This document shows, one piece after another, positions 45,721 through 61,881 of a DNA stretch of 64,000 nucleotides. The stretch comes from the human T2T-CHM13v2.0 reference genome, Homo sapiens, in the NCBI RefSeq assembly GCF_009914755.1, contig NC_060928.1, one strand, 5' to 3'. How positions within the stretch are numbered: position 1 is the stretch's first letter; each line of letters begins with the position of its first letter. The notes under the pieces are model-generated. The model had not been told where the DNA came from. It was given only the letters and a program-made list of their open reading frames with translations, and did no database searches. The translations under genes and the position numbers were made by a program.

Positions 45721-45934
45721 TGCTGACATGTAGCTTTCTGCCTGGGGTTTTATCTTTAACTCCCTGGTAATCCAAACGGAGCAGGAAAACCTCAGACAAT
45801 AGAGCCTCTTTTTTGCTTTACATCCACTTTTTTGGGGTCGGCACCGAACAACCATCATTAAATGGTTTCTGGCGCAAAGTGGCAGGCTTGGGTAAGCTGA
45901 AATGTTTATGACACCAAAATAAAGATGTTCCACA
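45721..45934 (-). pseudogene. Putative exon I of ghost gene
   Basis: NAGNAG acceptor ccccggtttcagcag (phase 2), donor gca|gtaagg; 71 codons with no stop: VEHLYFGVINISAYPSLPLCARNHLMMVVRCRPQKSGCKAKKRLYCLRFSCSVWITRELKIKPQAESYMSA. Confidence 0.6.
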
Positions 45935-46905
45935 CTGCTGAAACCGGGGAGTCACGCAGAGAACAACTGAAATGGAATTACACACCAAGGTTTACTTAAC
46001 TAGCACGACTTTAACTCGTGTCTGCCTGATACACTTACCAAAGAGAAGTGGCAGAAACCCAGGGTGGACAAAAGAGGGCAGTGTTCACTATGTCTTTCAT
46101 CTCAGCTCTTCGCTCTTTATCAAATTGCCACTGAGCCAAGAGAAAACTATGTCCAGCATTTCATAACACAGGAAGTGGGGAAGCAGATTAGATATTGGGC
46201 TCTGCAGTCACCACAAAATAAGCAGTGTGCTCGTAAAAGTCACTTTTTTCCCTAGACGAAAGCTTAACCATTGGTGAGTTTTGGGGTTTGGTTTCTGTTT
46301 TTCAGTATGATCGGATAAACCTCTCCAGGAAAATAATGGAATATGTAATATTTCTCAAACTATAACAGGTTATAAGGTTTATTTAGTTCAAAGCACTCAT
46401 TTTTGCAGATGAGGACCAGGTTTCTACATTTGTCAGTGGCTTCTCCTTGTGCTCAGATATCATCAGTATGTGGGGAGGGGAAGACAGACTTCCCTCTTGG
46501 AGCTATTTAGAGAATTTTTAGTCATTTCAGAATAGAATCCATGTACGCCCTGTACACAAAAAAATTTAGGTCCCAGAAAGGGAATCTTGTCCCCTGCCCT
46601 GGATGTCATCATATTGGGTCGAACTTCATTCACATTCTTTGGGAAAAGCTTATGTGGACATGTCATTGTACCCAATAAAGGATTGCAGCCTCAGCACTCA
46701 AAAAGTGCACATTTTGCCCAGGTATCTGTCTATTCTTAGTTATAGATATCTAGTGTCATCTTTTAATAGGGAAAGACTCTTTAATTCTTTTGTAATTCCT
46801 GTTGTCCTATACATATTTTTGAGCTCCTGCGATGTATAAGCCTCTGTTGTTAGACATGCAGAAGTGAAAAGGACACAGTTCTAGCCTTTAATAAACTAAG
46901 CATCA

Positions 46906-47169
<264 letters not shown>

Positions 47170-47290
47170 TCAGACAAGGCAGAACCAACCTTGTCAGTAA
47201 CCGTAATACATCAACAACCATAATACAAGGCAGAATGGGGTTGGCTTAGAAGAAAAATACAAATTGCCAAAGAAGAGATTGTATTCATCA

Positions 47291-47752
<462 letters not shown>

Positions 47753-48331
47753 TTACACTCGCAAAGGGAAGAGATCAAATAAATGGCTTGAAATGCCAGT
47801 GAAAGCCTGCAGAGAGCTTCAACGTCAGGCTGGTGGACTTGATTCCCAAGGCAACCACAGGAAAGCACCAAAGGTTTTTGATGCAAGCAGGAACATGATG
47901 GGAGCTAATTTTAGGAAAATTGGTCTGCCATGAAGATGTGGAGCAGATTCAAAGGGAAAGCAGAGACAAGGAGGCCAAGGAAGGCACTGTTAGTGCTTAA
48001 ACAGATGTAATGAAGTTTTGTGGTAGACACAACCCAAAAGGAAAGACAGGTACAAGTGTAAGACGCACAGTGTTTCAAAGTGTTTTGCCAACAAAGTAAA
48101 TGTTGAAAAGCGAAGTTATAGCGAGGGAAGACTGAAAAAGTAATTCATAAAAGCACTAAGGGAAGGCTGAAATGCTGGGTGGGGTAAGAAACTCAGGAGT
48201 TTGGCCTTGAGTGTGTTGACTTGGATACTTCTACAAAATATAGATGGGGAGATGTCCAAGGAATCGCTGAAAACCAGGACTGGTGCTCAGAGAAAGGTTA
48301 GAAGAAGGTCACATTCCAAATCAAGGTATAC

Positions 48332-48890
<559 letters not shown>

Positions 48891-49025
48891 TTATTTGCTT
48901 TACAAATGGATAATTCCTATAGAAAATGCTAGTGCTCTGAAGACATTTTTTAAAACATGATCTGGTTTATATACAAGTAATTACAACAGCTTTCTAGGCA
49001 AACCTTCATTTAAAAAGTAAGGTAT

Positions 49026-49329
<304 letters not shown>

Positions 49330-50091
49330 GTAAGGTATATTCCAACATTTTGGACAGACTTACAACTTTGTTCTTGGGGAAAATGAAAGCAATGTTACTG
49401 GAAGGAAGATAGGACGTTAGGCGGCAGTATGGTGTATTGAAAAGACCTGGAATCAGGTTTAAATCCAGAGGTGCCCCTTATTAGGTATATGAGCATGAAT
49501 ACATTGCTTCACTGCTCTGAGACACAATTTCCACATCTCTACAAGAAAATAATAGAATGTTCTGTCCAAAGTTACTGTATTGCATAAGGTAATGTATATG
49601 AAATTGCTTTGCACAGGACTTGGCACAAAGTAGCTGCTTAATAAAAAGCTTAGAGTTCCTTGTGGTGGTCCAGTTGGAATCCCTTCTGGCCCCAAAATGA
49701 ATGTCTCCCCCTTGACTCCTTCCCTGGGGTGCACCATGCCCCCTAGCCGTAATTCTTATTCAGAGCTTTGCTCTCTTGGAGATGTTTCTCTTTATCCATA
49801 ACACATTGGGGCATTCAGGAATGCTGGTCCTGCCCTTTAGCTGGAGGACAATCATTTCAGACCCAAACCAGGCACTACGTGAAGGAGGTTCCAAACTCCA
49901 AACAGTGCCAGGTCCTTCTCTCCTCCACTTCAGGACCAGATGAAGACATCCTTCTTGGCTCTTTATTCTCTCAGCCTCCAGGAAAGAGTCAGACAACCCT
50001 TATAATCATGACTTCTTATTAAGCATTTACAGAATCATGCTATATGGCATCATTCTGGGTCCTTGGTTATGAAATCTTATACTTTAAGTAT

Positions 50092-50142
50092 GCATTACTT
50101 TTAAATGACAAAAACCACAATTACTTTTGCACCAACCTAATA
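50092..50142. mobile_element. Half MADE1 (Hsmar1-derived MITE)
   Basis: cattacttttaaatgacaaaaaccacaattacttttgcaccaacctaata. Confidence 0.75.
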
Positions 50143-50511
50143 CTTTTGTGAACAGTATTTTCTTTGATCTCTACAATAAGTCTATGGGAAAATAATGAGG
50201 TAGTTAAGAGCACAGACTGAGTGGGTTCGAACTGGAGCTCTACGACTCACTAGCTGTGTATACCCGGGCAGTTACTCATTCTCTCCATGCCTCAGTTGCC
50301 TCCTCTGCAAAATGGGGATAATAAGAGCACTTATCTCATGTGAGTTACTGTAGAGCTTAAATAATATATCTGTGAAAGCTCCTAGAACAGTGCCTGACAC
50401 ACAGCAAGTACGTTCAATTGCATTGTAGCCCATACTCTTCCAATGAGAAAACTAAGGCTTAAAAAGGTGAGGCAACTGCCTCAAAGTCACATGCCTTAAA
50501 TGACAGTGCTA

Positions 50512-51294
50512 TATGAAAAAAATCTCAATATCATTAATCATTAGAGAAATGTGAATCAAAACCACAATGAGATACCATCTCACACCAGTCAGAATGGCTA
50601 TTACTAAAAGTCAAGAAATAACAGATGCTGGCAAGGTTGCAGAGAAAAGGGAACACTTATACACTGTTGGTACGAGTGTAAATTAGTTCAACCATTCTGG
50701 AAAGCAGTGTTGTGATTCCTTAAAGAACTAAAAACAGAACTACCAATCAAACCAGCAATCCCATTACTGAGTATATACCCCCAAAAATATAAATCATTCT
50801 ACCCTAAAGACACATGCATGTATATGTTCATTGCAGCACTATTCACAATAGCAAAGACCTGGAATCAACCTAAATGGCCATCAATGATAGACTGGATAAA
50901 GAAAATGTAGTATATATACACCATGGAATACTGTGCAGCCACAAAAAAAGAACAAGATCATGTCCTTTGCAGAAACATGGATGAGGCTGGAGACCATCAT
51001 CCTTAGCAAAGTAACATGGGAACAGAAAACCAAATACCACATGTTCTCACTTATAAGTGGGAGCTAAATGATGAGAACACATGGGCACAAAGAGGGGAAC
51101 AACAGATACCGGGGCCTACTTGAGGGTGGAGGATGGGAGGAGGGAGAGGATCAGAAAAAATAACTGTTAGGTACTAGGCTTAGTACCTTGGTGATGAAAT
51201 AATCTGTGCGCCAAACTCCCATGACACAGGCTTACCTATGTAACAAGCTTGCGCATGTATCCCTGAACCTAAAATAAAAGTTAAAAAACAAAAA
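50512..51294 (+). mobile_element. 5'-truncated older L1PA (about L1PA15/16) inserted in a MIR
   Basis: L1 3' end and tail; TSD taaatga(c/t)agtgcta at 50497-50511 and 51295-51309. Confidence 0.85.
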
Positions 51295-51949
51295 TAAATG
51301 ATAGTGCTAGAACTTAAACTAAGAACTCTCTTGACAACCAGGACCACACATAATTTGATTAAAAGAAAGCAAAATAAAAGTCTCTTTTATTCCCTCTTTT
51401 TTAGAGAGTTTCTTCATCAGAGCTACCTGTGTCTTGCTCATTCCTCTCCCTTCCTTCTTTCTCCCCTCAAAAGATTAAAGGTTACATTGTGAAAAAAAAA
51501 AAAAAAAGTTTTGTATTGGGATCACATCTAAGGTTGACTGCTTGCTCTCTCATTCCTCAGCTAGTCCATTCTGTGGGTCTTCCTCATCTTGAATCAGATT
51601 CTCTGATAAGCTCATTACTCCATTTATCTGTTTAGCAAATACTAATTGAGTCAGCATCCTCCTAGGTACTAGATGCAACGATACAGTCCCACCCCCCGGG
51701 TGACAGTGTAGTTAGTCAAGTCATTGTTTACTAGAAGTAACTGAGTTACCAAAGGAAATTATGAAATGTTCTTCTCTTTAAAAATAGGATAGCTTCTTAG
51801 TCAGCTGCCTGTCTGGCTAACTTATCTAGAAGACAAGAGAGCAAAGGCCTGGGAGAGATTCATATCAAACAGAGGGGAGGCTAGTTCTTTGTAATTTGAC
51901 TAACAGCCCAGAACAGAGCTGAGAAGACCCAGGCAACGTATATTTTGTA

Positions 51950-51995
51950 TGCCATTGCTTTTAATGGCTGCAATTACTTTTACACCAACCTAATA
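51950..51995. mobile_element. Half MADE1
   Basis: tgccattgcttttaatggctgcaattacttttacaccaacctaata. Confidence 0.7.
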
Positions 51996-52280
51996 TAGCA
52001 AGGCAGTGAAGAGCCAGGTCTTGGTAAGAATAATGTGATTTTTGCATCACAGCCCTGCCATTTACAAATGGTACAATATCATGCAACTTCCTGAGCTCTT
52101 TCTCAGCTTCCTTATGATATTCCTCATGCAGTTGGGCAAGATGTTAAGAAAATGGGTATGCAAAATGCTTGGCACTGAGCCTGCCACATAGTGGGTGTTC
52201 AATAAGTGGTGACTTACAATGTTATAATAGGGCAAATTATAACGGGCTGGGGAAGGGCATGATGCATAGGGCAAGCTCAC

Positions 52281-52964
<684 letters not shown>

Positions 52965-54349
52965 CTGCATCAAGGCACAAGGCTTGGTGAGCTCAGGCAT
53001 TACGGTGCAGTGAACAGATCTGCACAATGCTAGGCTTCCTGGCCACTTCCTCTCTCACTTCATCTCCTGTTACTCTTCTCCTCACCCTCTCTGATCCAAC
53101 TGCACTTGAGTTCTTTGAACAGCCCATGCATGCTTCTGCCTGGGTTCCTTTGCACTTATCATCCCCTCTGTCTGGAAGCCTCATCCCCTAGACAGTCTCT
53201 GTCTTGCTCCTGATCACCTCATTTCCTTCTCTGTTTGCAAATCATCTTTGAGTGAGGTTTTCATCTACCTCCATATTTCAAATTGCAATACTTCTTCCCC
53301 TGGGAAATATGGCCATATTCCCCACCCCTGCTTCAAAGTCTCCACAGCACTCATCACCATTTAGCATATTATACTATTTATAATATATATTGATTTTACA
53401 CTCTCTCCTCCCATTAGAATATAAGTTGCACGAAGGCAGGGAAATTTTACTGTTTTTCACTGCTCTATCTCCAGGGCCTGGCCCATGGCAGGAGCTCAGG
53501 AAATGTCAGATAAATGATTGAATTTACAAGAACAAGCCCAACAGTTAAGAAAACTTCAGCTCCTGCCTCCTGCCCATGCAGCCCAGAAGGGCCAGTTTCA
53601 TGCCATGTTTGATTGCCGCTCCGGTCCCAGGAGGGATGGAATCTGCTGTCTCACCAAGACTTGGGCATGAGGCTGGCCTTCTCCAGAAGCTCCAGGCCCA
53701 GAGAAACAATACATCTAACCAAAGTCCCCCAGGGAGTCTTGGCACACAGTTGGTGCTCAGTGGACATTGGAATGTTTCAACAGCCATGTCTCCTTGTTGC
53801 TGAACTGAGCAACATCCATGGACATCCATGGGACAGATGGTTCTCTCTCCAGCATGGAATCAGAAGGCCTGGTTTCAAGTTCCAGGACTGTGCCTCATTC
53901 ATTGTGTGTTGCTGGCTGAGTCACTTAACCTGCCTGAGCAAAGAACAGAGAAGCAGTCAGATTTGGAATCCACTGGGGAGGCAGGGTTTGTAAAACTTGT
54001 TGATTAAATGAACAAGAGTATGTGGGAATGAGAAGAATCAAAATCTAAGCCAAGCATCTGGCCTGAACAGCTGGGTGGTCAGTGAACCCATTTCCTGGAA
54101 TGAAGAAGATGGGAATGCAGGGGTGTTTTTGGAGTGGAGTTTGGGTCAAGAGTTTGGATTTCTATGTAATGGAAGTTGTGGGCAGCCATTGGAAGGATAT
54201 TGACTTTCCTTCCAAGGAGCTGGAGAGCTTCTTAGAGGCCTTTGTCACACCTACCTGGTTCTCCCAGCTCTCTCCAGCTAACAGCCCAAGTCCTTCTCTC
54301 CGGCTACATGACCCTACACAGTATGGTCCCCACTGCCTCTCTGCCCACT

Positions 54350-54842
54350 GCCCATAGGACTCCTTCTTGCTCTCTGTTGGCCCCTGCTCTAGGATGTGTC
54401 CCTTACTTTCTCAGCAGGACCTTCTCATCTCCCAGATACCCACCTGGCTCTCCCATCACCTCCTTCAATCTTTGTCTAAATGTCACCTTCTCAAGAAAAC
54501 CAAGCCTGGCCACTCCACTCTCTGCAAAAATAGCAAAACTCTACCCTTCCTCTCTCTAGTATCCCCTGTCCCTCTCACTGGGTTTATTTTTCTTCAAAGT
54601 ACTTACCACATTCTAATTCACTCACACCTAGAATCTCTGCTTCCTCTCACTTGAATATAAACTTCAGGACGGCAGGGATTTTTGTTTGCTTTGTTCACTG
54701 CTGTATCCCCACAGCCGAGAATGGTGCCCAGCATGTAGTAGGGCAGGGATTTTTGTTTGCTTTGTTCACTGCTATATTCCCACAGCCGAGAATGGTGCCT
54801 AGCATGTAGTAGGTGCTCAATAAATATATGTTAAATTCATTG
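54350..54842 (+). mobile_element. L2 3' end containing a 71-bp tandem duplication
   Basis: ggcagggatttttgtttgctttgttcactgct...gtaggtgctcaataaata. Other L2 remnants lie near 2480-2860, 53030-53520 and 62000-62370. Confidence 0.7.
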
Positions 54843-55379
54843 AAATGCATTATGTTATCTTTCTTTCATATGAAAATCATTGTTCAAATATTGATTTGTT
54901 TTTAATAGGAAGTAAGAAAGAGGAAATTCATGTCTGAAGTTCTTTGCTGTCTTGATGACTCACTTCCCAGGTAAACTAAGACAGTTGGTCACTCCTCCTA
55001 TCACTCCATTTCACAGTTGAGAAAACTGAGGCTTAATGAAATTCTGAGGCTCAGTGAGGCTTAGTGACATTATAATTTTTCTAGTGCCTTCAAAAAACTA
55101 ACCTTGCATGGACCTGGGTAGGTCATCCAGCCAAACAAGTATAGGTGAGCAAGACCCAGCATGTTTTTCTCATACTCACACCCACTCCTGATGTGTCAGT
55201 GTGTGAGGATTAGATCTTAGATTAGCACAGATTTGAAAAGCCCTGTCATTCATGAAAAATAAAGCTATGAGTAATCTTTTCGTGGGATCCTGCGGAGGCA
55301 AGGACTCTTCTAGTCATCAGCACAGGACCCTGGATCTTGGCTTCCCTCTTTGATATTTATTAAGCACTACAGCCTTTAA

Positions 55380-55870
55380 GAAAGGCACATACACTTGAAT
55401 ATTCATAGCAGCACTATTCACAATAGCCCAAAGGTAGAAACAACCCAAACGCCCATCAAAAGATGAATGGGTAAACAAATTGTGGTGCTTACACACAATG
55501 GAATATTAATTCAGCCGGTAAAGAAGAACGAAGTAATGATACATACAACAATAAGTAGAGCCTCAAAACGGTATGCCAAGTGAAAGAAGCCAGACACAGA
55601 AGGACAAATATCATGTGATTCTACTTATAGGAAATGTCCAGAATAAGTAAATCTGTAGAGACAGAATGCAGATTGCTGGTTGCCAGGATGGTGGGAAGAA
55701 GAGTGGAGAGTGGCTGCATAATGAGTGCAGATGGGTTTTTATTTTGGAGTGAGGAAAACAGATAGAAATGGTGGGTTGCACAACATTGCAAATGTACTTA
55801 GTGCCACTTAATTGTTCACTTTAAAGTGGTTAATTTTATACTATGTGAATTTCATTTCAATTTTTTTAAA
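55380..55870 (+). mobile_element. L1MB-type 3' end
   Basis: ttcatagcagcactattcacaatagccc...aagtgaaagaagccagacac...gtgaatttcatttcaattttt. Confidence 0.75.
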
Positions 55871-56260
55871 TGCACACGCATACATTTGTCAAGTAATCCT
55901 TACATAAACCCTGTAAGGTAGATATTGCTACCATTATTCCCATGAGAAAACTGAGCCCAGAGCTGGAAAGGGACCTGACCAAGGTTCCACAGGTGCTAGA
56001 CTTGAAGCCAAGGTCAGGTTGGCTCCAAAGCCTTGGCCCTTCTGAGCCACCAACCACTGATCCTCTCAGAGCTGGGCATGACCTCAGGAGAACCAAGGGT
56101 GGCTGGAGGCTGTGCTCAGGAGAGAAGAGGAAGGGTCAAAGTCGGGAAAAGCTTTGAGGTCTCTTTGCGGTTCCAACTTAGCATCAGCAAAACTCAGTGT
56201 TTCTACCTTTTTGCTCCTGGTACTTTGGTTCCATCGTATGACTGAGTTACACAGGCTTGA

Positions 56261-56809
<549 letters not shown>

Positions 56810-58409
56810 AGAACAGCCAAAGACCATAGATAAGGGGTGAGATTGGGGACTGGGAGAAGAGGATAAAGAGTTAGAATACTACAGAACACTAGACCACAGG
56901 CCCTAGTCTCCTATTTCTCTATCCTTCCTTAAAATGTCTGAAGTCTTTGACTCAGCAATGTAGCACTTGAGTGACTTGAATGTAAACATATTTTGAAAAA
57001 AGAGCATATTTTAGGGAGTTCCATTGCAGAAGATTTGAATGTGGTGTAATTCAGCTTGCTGGGAGAGGCGGGGTGGCTGGTGGGTGGATAGAAATGGAAA
57101 GATGGAAGTGAATGTGGCAGACTGACACAATAATAGGGCTAATGATTTCAACATTTTAAAAGTTTCACAGTTCCGAGGGAACACAGGAGACGAGCTCCAG
57201 TGGGAGGCTTTTAAAATATCCACTTTGACAGTTTCTGTACTTTTTGAGCTTCTTCTGTTTGTTTCTTCCCCAAAGCTTATTAGCACCTCTGTTCTATTTA
57301 GGAGACTCTCCGCCACCTTAGTATAGGGAGGAGAACTGGCTCCAGGGGGCTGAGCCCCCCACCGCCAGTGATAGATCTCTCAGGAATAGAAGATTTGAGT
57401 CCTGGGAGCCTGTCAAGGACTTTTCCTCTTGAAAAATCATGAAGCTTTGGTCCGCAACATTGTTAAAGGGCTTTAGAGGAAGCAGAGTGTCTCCTTCCAC
57501 ACTCCAAGTAGCCCAAAGCAACTGTGCCCAGATGGTAAGGACTTCCTTCCTAGCTGGGGCGGGCGGCAGCTGGGATAAACACTCATTTAAGCCACTCAGT
57601 GCTGTCCTCACTGCTTGCCCCAGGAAAGGGCCAACCCGGTATTTCTGGCTGAGTCAGTTGGGCCTCTCCCACCCATTCTTCTGAACCTCATTCACATCCA
57701 GAAAGAGGAGGCTGGAAAATTTGAATATGCAAAAGACCCAATGACATTGCCCTCAATCAGCTCAATTAGTGTGGTTGTGAATGAAGATATGAAGATCAAA
57801 CAGGTCAAAGGGAATGTTTACAAATGTATCAGCTACCTGGTTTGCAGATCCCTTTGAACAGCTCAGATTTTGGTGCAGTTTCTATAGGTATTAAAACAGG
57901 AAAGATTAATTTAATAAGTGACTAGAGTAACATCTGGGGGAAAATTATATTCAGCTGTATGAGATAAAGACCATTGTAGAAGCATTTTCTTCAGGCACGC
58001 TCTGCTTTTTCTTTTGAAGGGCTCTCTTGTGCCTGATGTTTTATATATAGTATTAAAATATAATGGTAAAATATTTCTTGGAAAAAAAAAGATAAAAAGA
58101 ATTGAAATTAAAGGGGATACCAACGATGTGTGTGTGAAAGAAAATAAGATGGGGAATGTGGACAAGTGAATAATAAATGGAGAAGTGCTTGTCTGGACGT
58201 TGTTAATGTCTCCAGAAGTTTTCCCTTCAATCTTCCTGTGAGCTACATACAGTGCCGTGGTTAAAAGTTCAGGCTTTAGGGGCAGAATGTTTAGGTTCAA
58301 ATTCCTACTCTGCCACATAGCTGTGTGACTTTGGGCAAGTACCCAACCTCTCTGTGCCTCATTTTCCTCCTTGGTGAAAAGAGAATAATACAACTATGCA
58401 CTCAGCTGG

Positions 58410-58709
58410 TTTTTTTGTTTTGTTTTGTTTTTGAGACAGGGTCTTGCTCTGTTGCCCAGGCTGGAGTGCAGTGCTGCGATCTCAGCTTACTGCAACCTCT
58501 GACTCCTGGATTCACGTGATTTTCCTGCCTCAGCCTCCCAAGTAAATGGGATTAAAGGTGCGCGTCACCACGCCAGCTTTGTATTTTTTAGTAGAGACGG
58601 GGTTTCACCATGTTGGCCAGGCTTGTCTCTAACTCCTGACCTCAAGTGATCCGCACACCTTGGCCTCCCAAAGTGCTGAGATTACAGGCATGAGCCACCA
58701 CGCCTGGCC
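58410..58709 (-). mobile_element. AluS-type, antisense, inside a MIR
   Basis: Reverse-complement dimer; TSD tca(g/a)ctggtt. Confidence 0.88.
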
Positions 58710-58891
58710 TCAACTGGTTGTTTTGAAGGCTGTATGGAAATGATGCACATGAAACAGTGGCTGGTCTGGGACATAGCCAACCAAGGGCTGCTCCATGACA
58801 TTTTCATTGTTTAAAATATATAAAAAATAATAAATGAAACATTTTTATACAGAAATGTTGCTTTTCCCCCCTGAAGACGTAAAATATCTAC

Positions 58892-59184
58892 CTAGGTGGA
58901 TGCTTTCTTTCAGCTGTTAAAGACATGTTGAGTGTTCCCTGCCAGGAATCGGATACCACTTTGAGTACATTTGGGCTGAAACATAAAAATATCTACAGTA
59001 TTATTCTAACTGTTTCTGTGACAGTTTAAATGGCAATTGCTTTCTAGACAATTGCATTTTTCGTTCAAATACTACCACAGGAAGGCTTGCATAGATTTCA
59101 ATTAGGATGATAGACCCAAAAAGGCTTTATAGGTGGCCTACTGTTAGTTCCTGAGCTCCCAGCAGGAAAGTGCCAACATAAAAC
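58892..59184 (-). pseudogene. Putative exon E of ghost gene
   Basis: Acceptor ctattcctaatatcag, donor tag|gtagat; 293 nt, phase 2 to 1; 97 codons with 3 TAA. Reads FYVGTFLLGAQELTVGHL*SLFGSIILIEIYASLPVVVFERKMQLSRKQLPFKLSQKQLE*YCRYFYVSAQMYSKWYPIPGREHSTCL*QLKESIHL. Confidence 0.5.
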
Positions 59185-59505
59185 CTGATATTAGGAATAG
59201 TGACAGCAATTACTAATATTTTCTAGTGCCCTGCTTCATGGCAGGTGCCAGTCTCAATAGCTTATATACATATCTCTAATCTCTATGCATATCTCTAATC
59301 TTATCAGCTCCAGGAGGCAGATGCTATTAGCCACATTTGACAGATGAGGAAATGGGCCCAGAGCTGTTAAGTGATGCTAAGTGTCTGAACCAGGGCTCCA
59401 GGCCAGGCCCATCTGGCTCCCTCCAGTTCACAGGGTATCCAACTAGCTCTTGGTCCTTGTCCCTATAACTTCTGAGACCAAAAGCAATGCATTTCAGAAT
59501 GTTAC

Positions 59506-59548
59506 CATTTGCCAGAAAGTTCTTGATATCGACTATAACGTTCATCTG
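59506..59548 (-). pseudogene. Putative exon D of ghost gene
   Basis: Weak acceptor aattgcag, donor atg|gtaaca; 43 nt, phase 1 to 2. Reads (A)DERYSRYQELSGK(W) and bridges exons C and E in phase. Confidence 0.45.
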
Positions 59549-59662
59549 CTGCAATTTATGCCTCTCTCAGGCCTCTCTCCTGCATACTGGACACTCCCCT
59601 TCCCCACTCCCACCCTTATTCTCCCACTCCCATTGGCGATCTCACAGGGTCTTCACCTTAAT

Positions 59663-59879
59663 CCCATGGTTGTCAACCTGGGGAGTTTGGCCCCACCAAG
59701 GACATTCAGCCATATCTGGAGATACGTTTGAAGCCACCTGCGGGTGGTGGGGAGGTGTGCTACAGGCATCTAGTGGGTAGAGGCCAGGGAAGCTGCTGCA
59801 CATCCTGCAGTGCACAGGACAGTCCCCGAAAGAATTATCTGGCCCAAAATGTCAATAGAGCTTAGACTGAGAAACCCTG
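59663..59879 (-). mobile_element. MER20 element
   Basis: ggcatctagtgggtagaggccaggga...ctggcccaaaatgtcaatag...tgagaaaccctg. Confidence 0.8.
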
Positions 59880-60066
59880 AAAACAGAACTCTTGATTTCT
59901 GTGCCCCAAATCCGTTCTTACTCAAGTCTGTTTTCTCAGTACAAGTCACCATGACTCAAAGTTGTTTCTCAGGCCTCAAATCAAAGAGTTTGCCTAATTT
60001 GTCCCTTTCACTCATCCCTTTTTTTCACATTTAATCTCTAACTGTCACACTAAAGAAAAAGAGTTT

Positions 60067-60330
60067 GGCCAGGTGCAGTGACTCACACCTGTAATCCCAG
60101 CATTTTGGGAGGCTGAGGCGGGCAGATCACCTGAGGTCAGGAGTTCGAGATCAGCCTGGCCAACATGGTGAAACCCTGTCTCTACTAAAAATACAAAAAT
60201 TAGCTGGGCATGGTGGTGCACGCCTATAATCCCAGCTACTTTGGAGGCTGAGGCAGGAGAATTGCATGCCATTGCACTCCAGTCTGGGTGACAGAGTAAG
60301 GATCTGTCTCCAAAAAAAAAAAAAAAAAGA
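60067..60330 (+). mobile_element. AluSx-type with right-arm deletion
   Basis: ggagaattgc joined directly to atgccattgcactcc; TSD aagaaaaagagttt-like. Confidence 0.88.
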
Positions 60331-60576
60331 AAAAGAGTTTAATTCAATGATATTTGACTCATGTTCCCCTTCTCCAACGTGGCGGTTCAGCTAACTCATT
60401 ACAGTATCTACTTATTCATCCAATCAACAAATGTTTATTGAGAGACCTCTAAATGCTCAACGTCCATATCAGCTTCACTGGAACCCTGTAAAGCCTCCTA
60501 ACTTTTTCAGTTTTCATGAAAATACAGTTAAGTACCAATGGGTAGTTTATTTGATCGTGTTCAAAAGATTTTGCTA

Positions 60577-61060
<484 letters not shown>

Positions 61061-61094
61061 ACTTCTAAGATATTTATCCTAAGGAGACAAACTA

Positions 61095-61262
61095 TTACAA
61101 GAAATCTTTTTTTAAATTTTTATTTCCATAGGTTTTTGGGGAACAGGTGGTATTTGGTTACAGAGATAAGTTTTTTTGTGGTGATTAGTGAGATTTTGGT
61201 GCACCCATCACCCGAGCAGTGCACACTGCACCTAATTTGTAGTCTTTTATCTCTCACCCTTT
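61095..61262 (-). mobile_element. L1PB-type 3' end fragment
   Basis: tttccataggtttttggggaacaggtggtatttggttac...ggtgcacccatcacccgagcag is the antisense L1PB 3' end. Confidence 0.7.
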
Positions 61263-61371
61263 TTTTTTCTTTTCAAACTTTTGCAAAAGGTGTCCTAGTT
61301 CTTGGCAATGTTTCCCCTGGGCTCTGGTTACATCATTAACAGTTGAATCACAACTATACCCAGACAGTCAC

Positions 61372-61512
61372 CTGGGAGAGAACTGGGAACTTCATCTGGT
61401 TTGGCGACCACTCCCTCCTCCGGCGGCAGGTATCTAGCAGCAGGATAACTGATATCGTAAAGGTGGGTTTTGATAAAGGTGGGAGTGTGCACTAGACTTG
61501 CAGAGGATCACA
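61372..61512 (-). pseudogene. Putative exon C of ghost gene
   Basis: Pyrimidine-rich acceptor ending ccaag, donor cag|gtgact; 141 nt, phase 1 to 1. Reads *SSASLVHTPTFIKTHLYDISYPAARYLPPEEGVVAKPDEVPSSLP. Confidence 0.55.
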
Positions 61513-61741
61513 CTTGGATTTCAACAGGATGGGGTAGAAAGATAAGAGCAATGAATTGTACTCCTTGTTTTTTTAAAAACGAACCAAAGATAGAGAGAGA
61601 CACATGACAGTGTCAAAAAAAAAAACTCTCCTTTTTTATTCTAAAATCCTGTTTTCTTATTGAGTCAATTGCAGAGGTCCCTCTGTGACACTCCAGAATA
61701 TAACCCCTCCCTGCCTGGAGGCCTTGCTCAGGATAACTTTT

Positions 61742-61881
61742 CCCGTCTGCCTGTGGCTCAGAGGTGGTTGGAGCCAGGCTGAATGGAGGGCAGGCAGGCA
61801 GCTCTGCTGATTCTTTTCCACTTGAAAGGGGGCTTGGGGACTGAGACAGCCATCATCCCTTGCCACCTCCACTGAGCCAGT
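61742..61881 (-). pseudogene. Putative exon B of ghost gene (3' boundary uncertain)
   Basis: Acceptor tctccacccgcaacag, phase 0 matching exon A. Reads TGSVEVARDDGCLSPQAPFQVEKNQQSCLPALHSAWLQPPLSHRQT. No clean donor seen. Confidence 0.3.

Noticed and set aside
46490-46636. Possible extra 147-nt minus-strand exon (aag acceptor, gaa|gtctgt donor)
   Set aside because: Weak donor. The phase required by its neighbours has 5 stops while a different frame is open, and exons H and I join without it. Left unresolved.
49660-49980. Repeat-free segment with minus-strand ORF 49760-49996 as a candidate exon
   Set aside because: No convincing donor, and exons G and H already join in phase.
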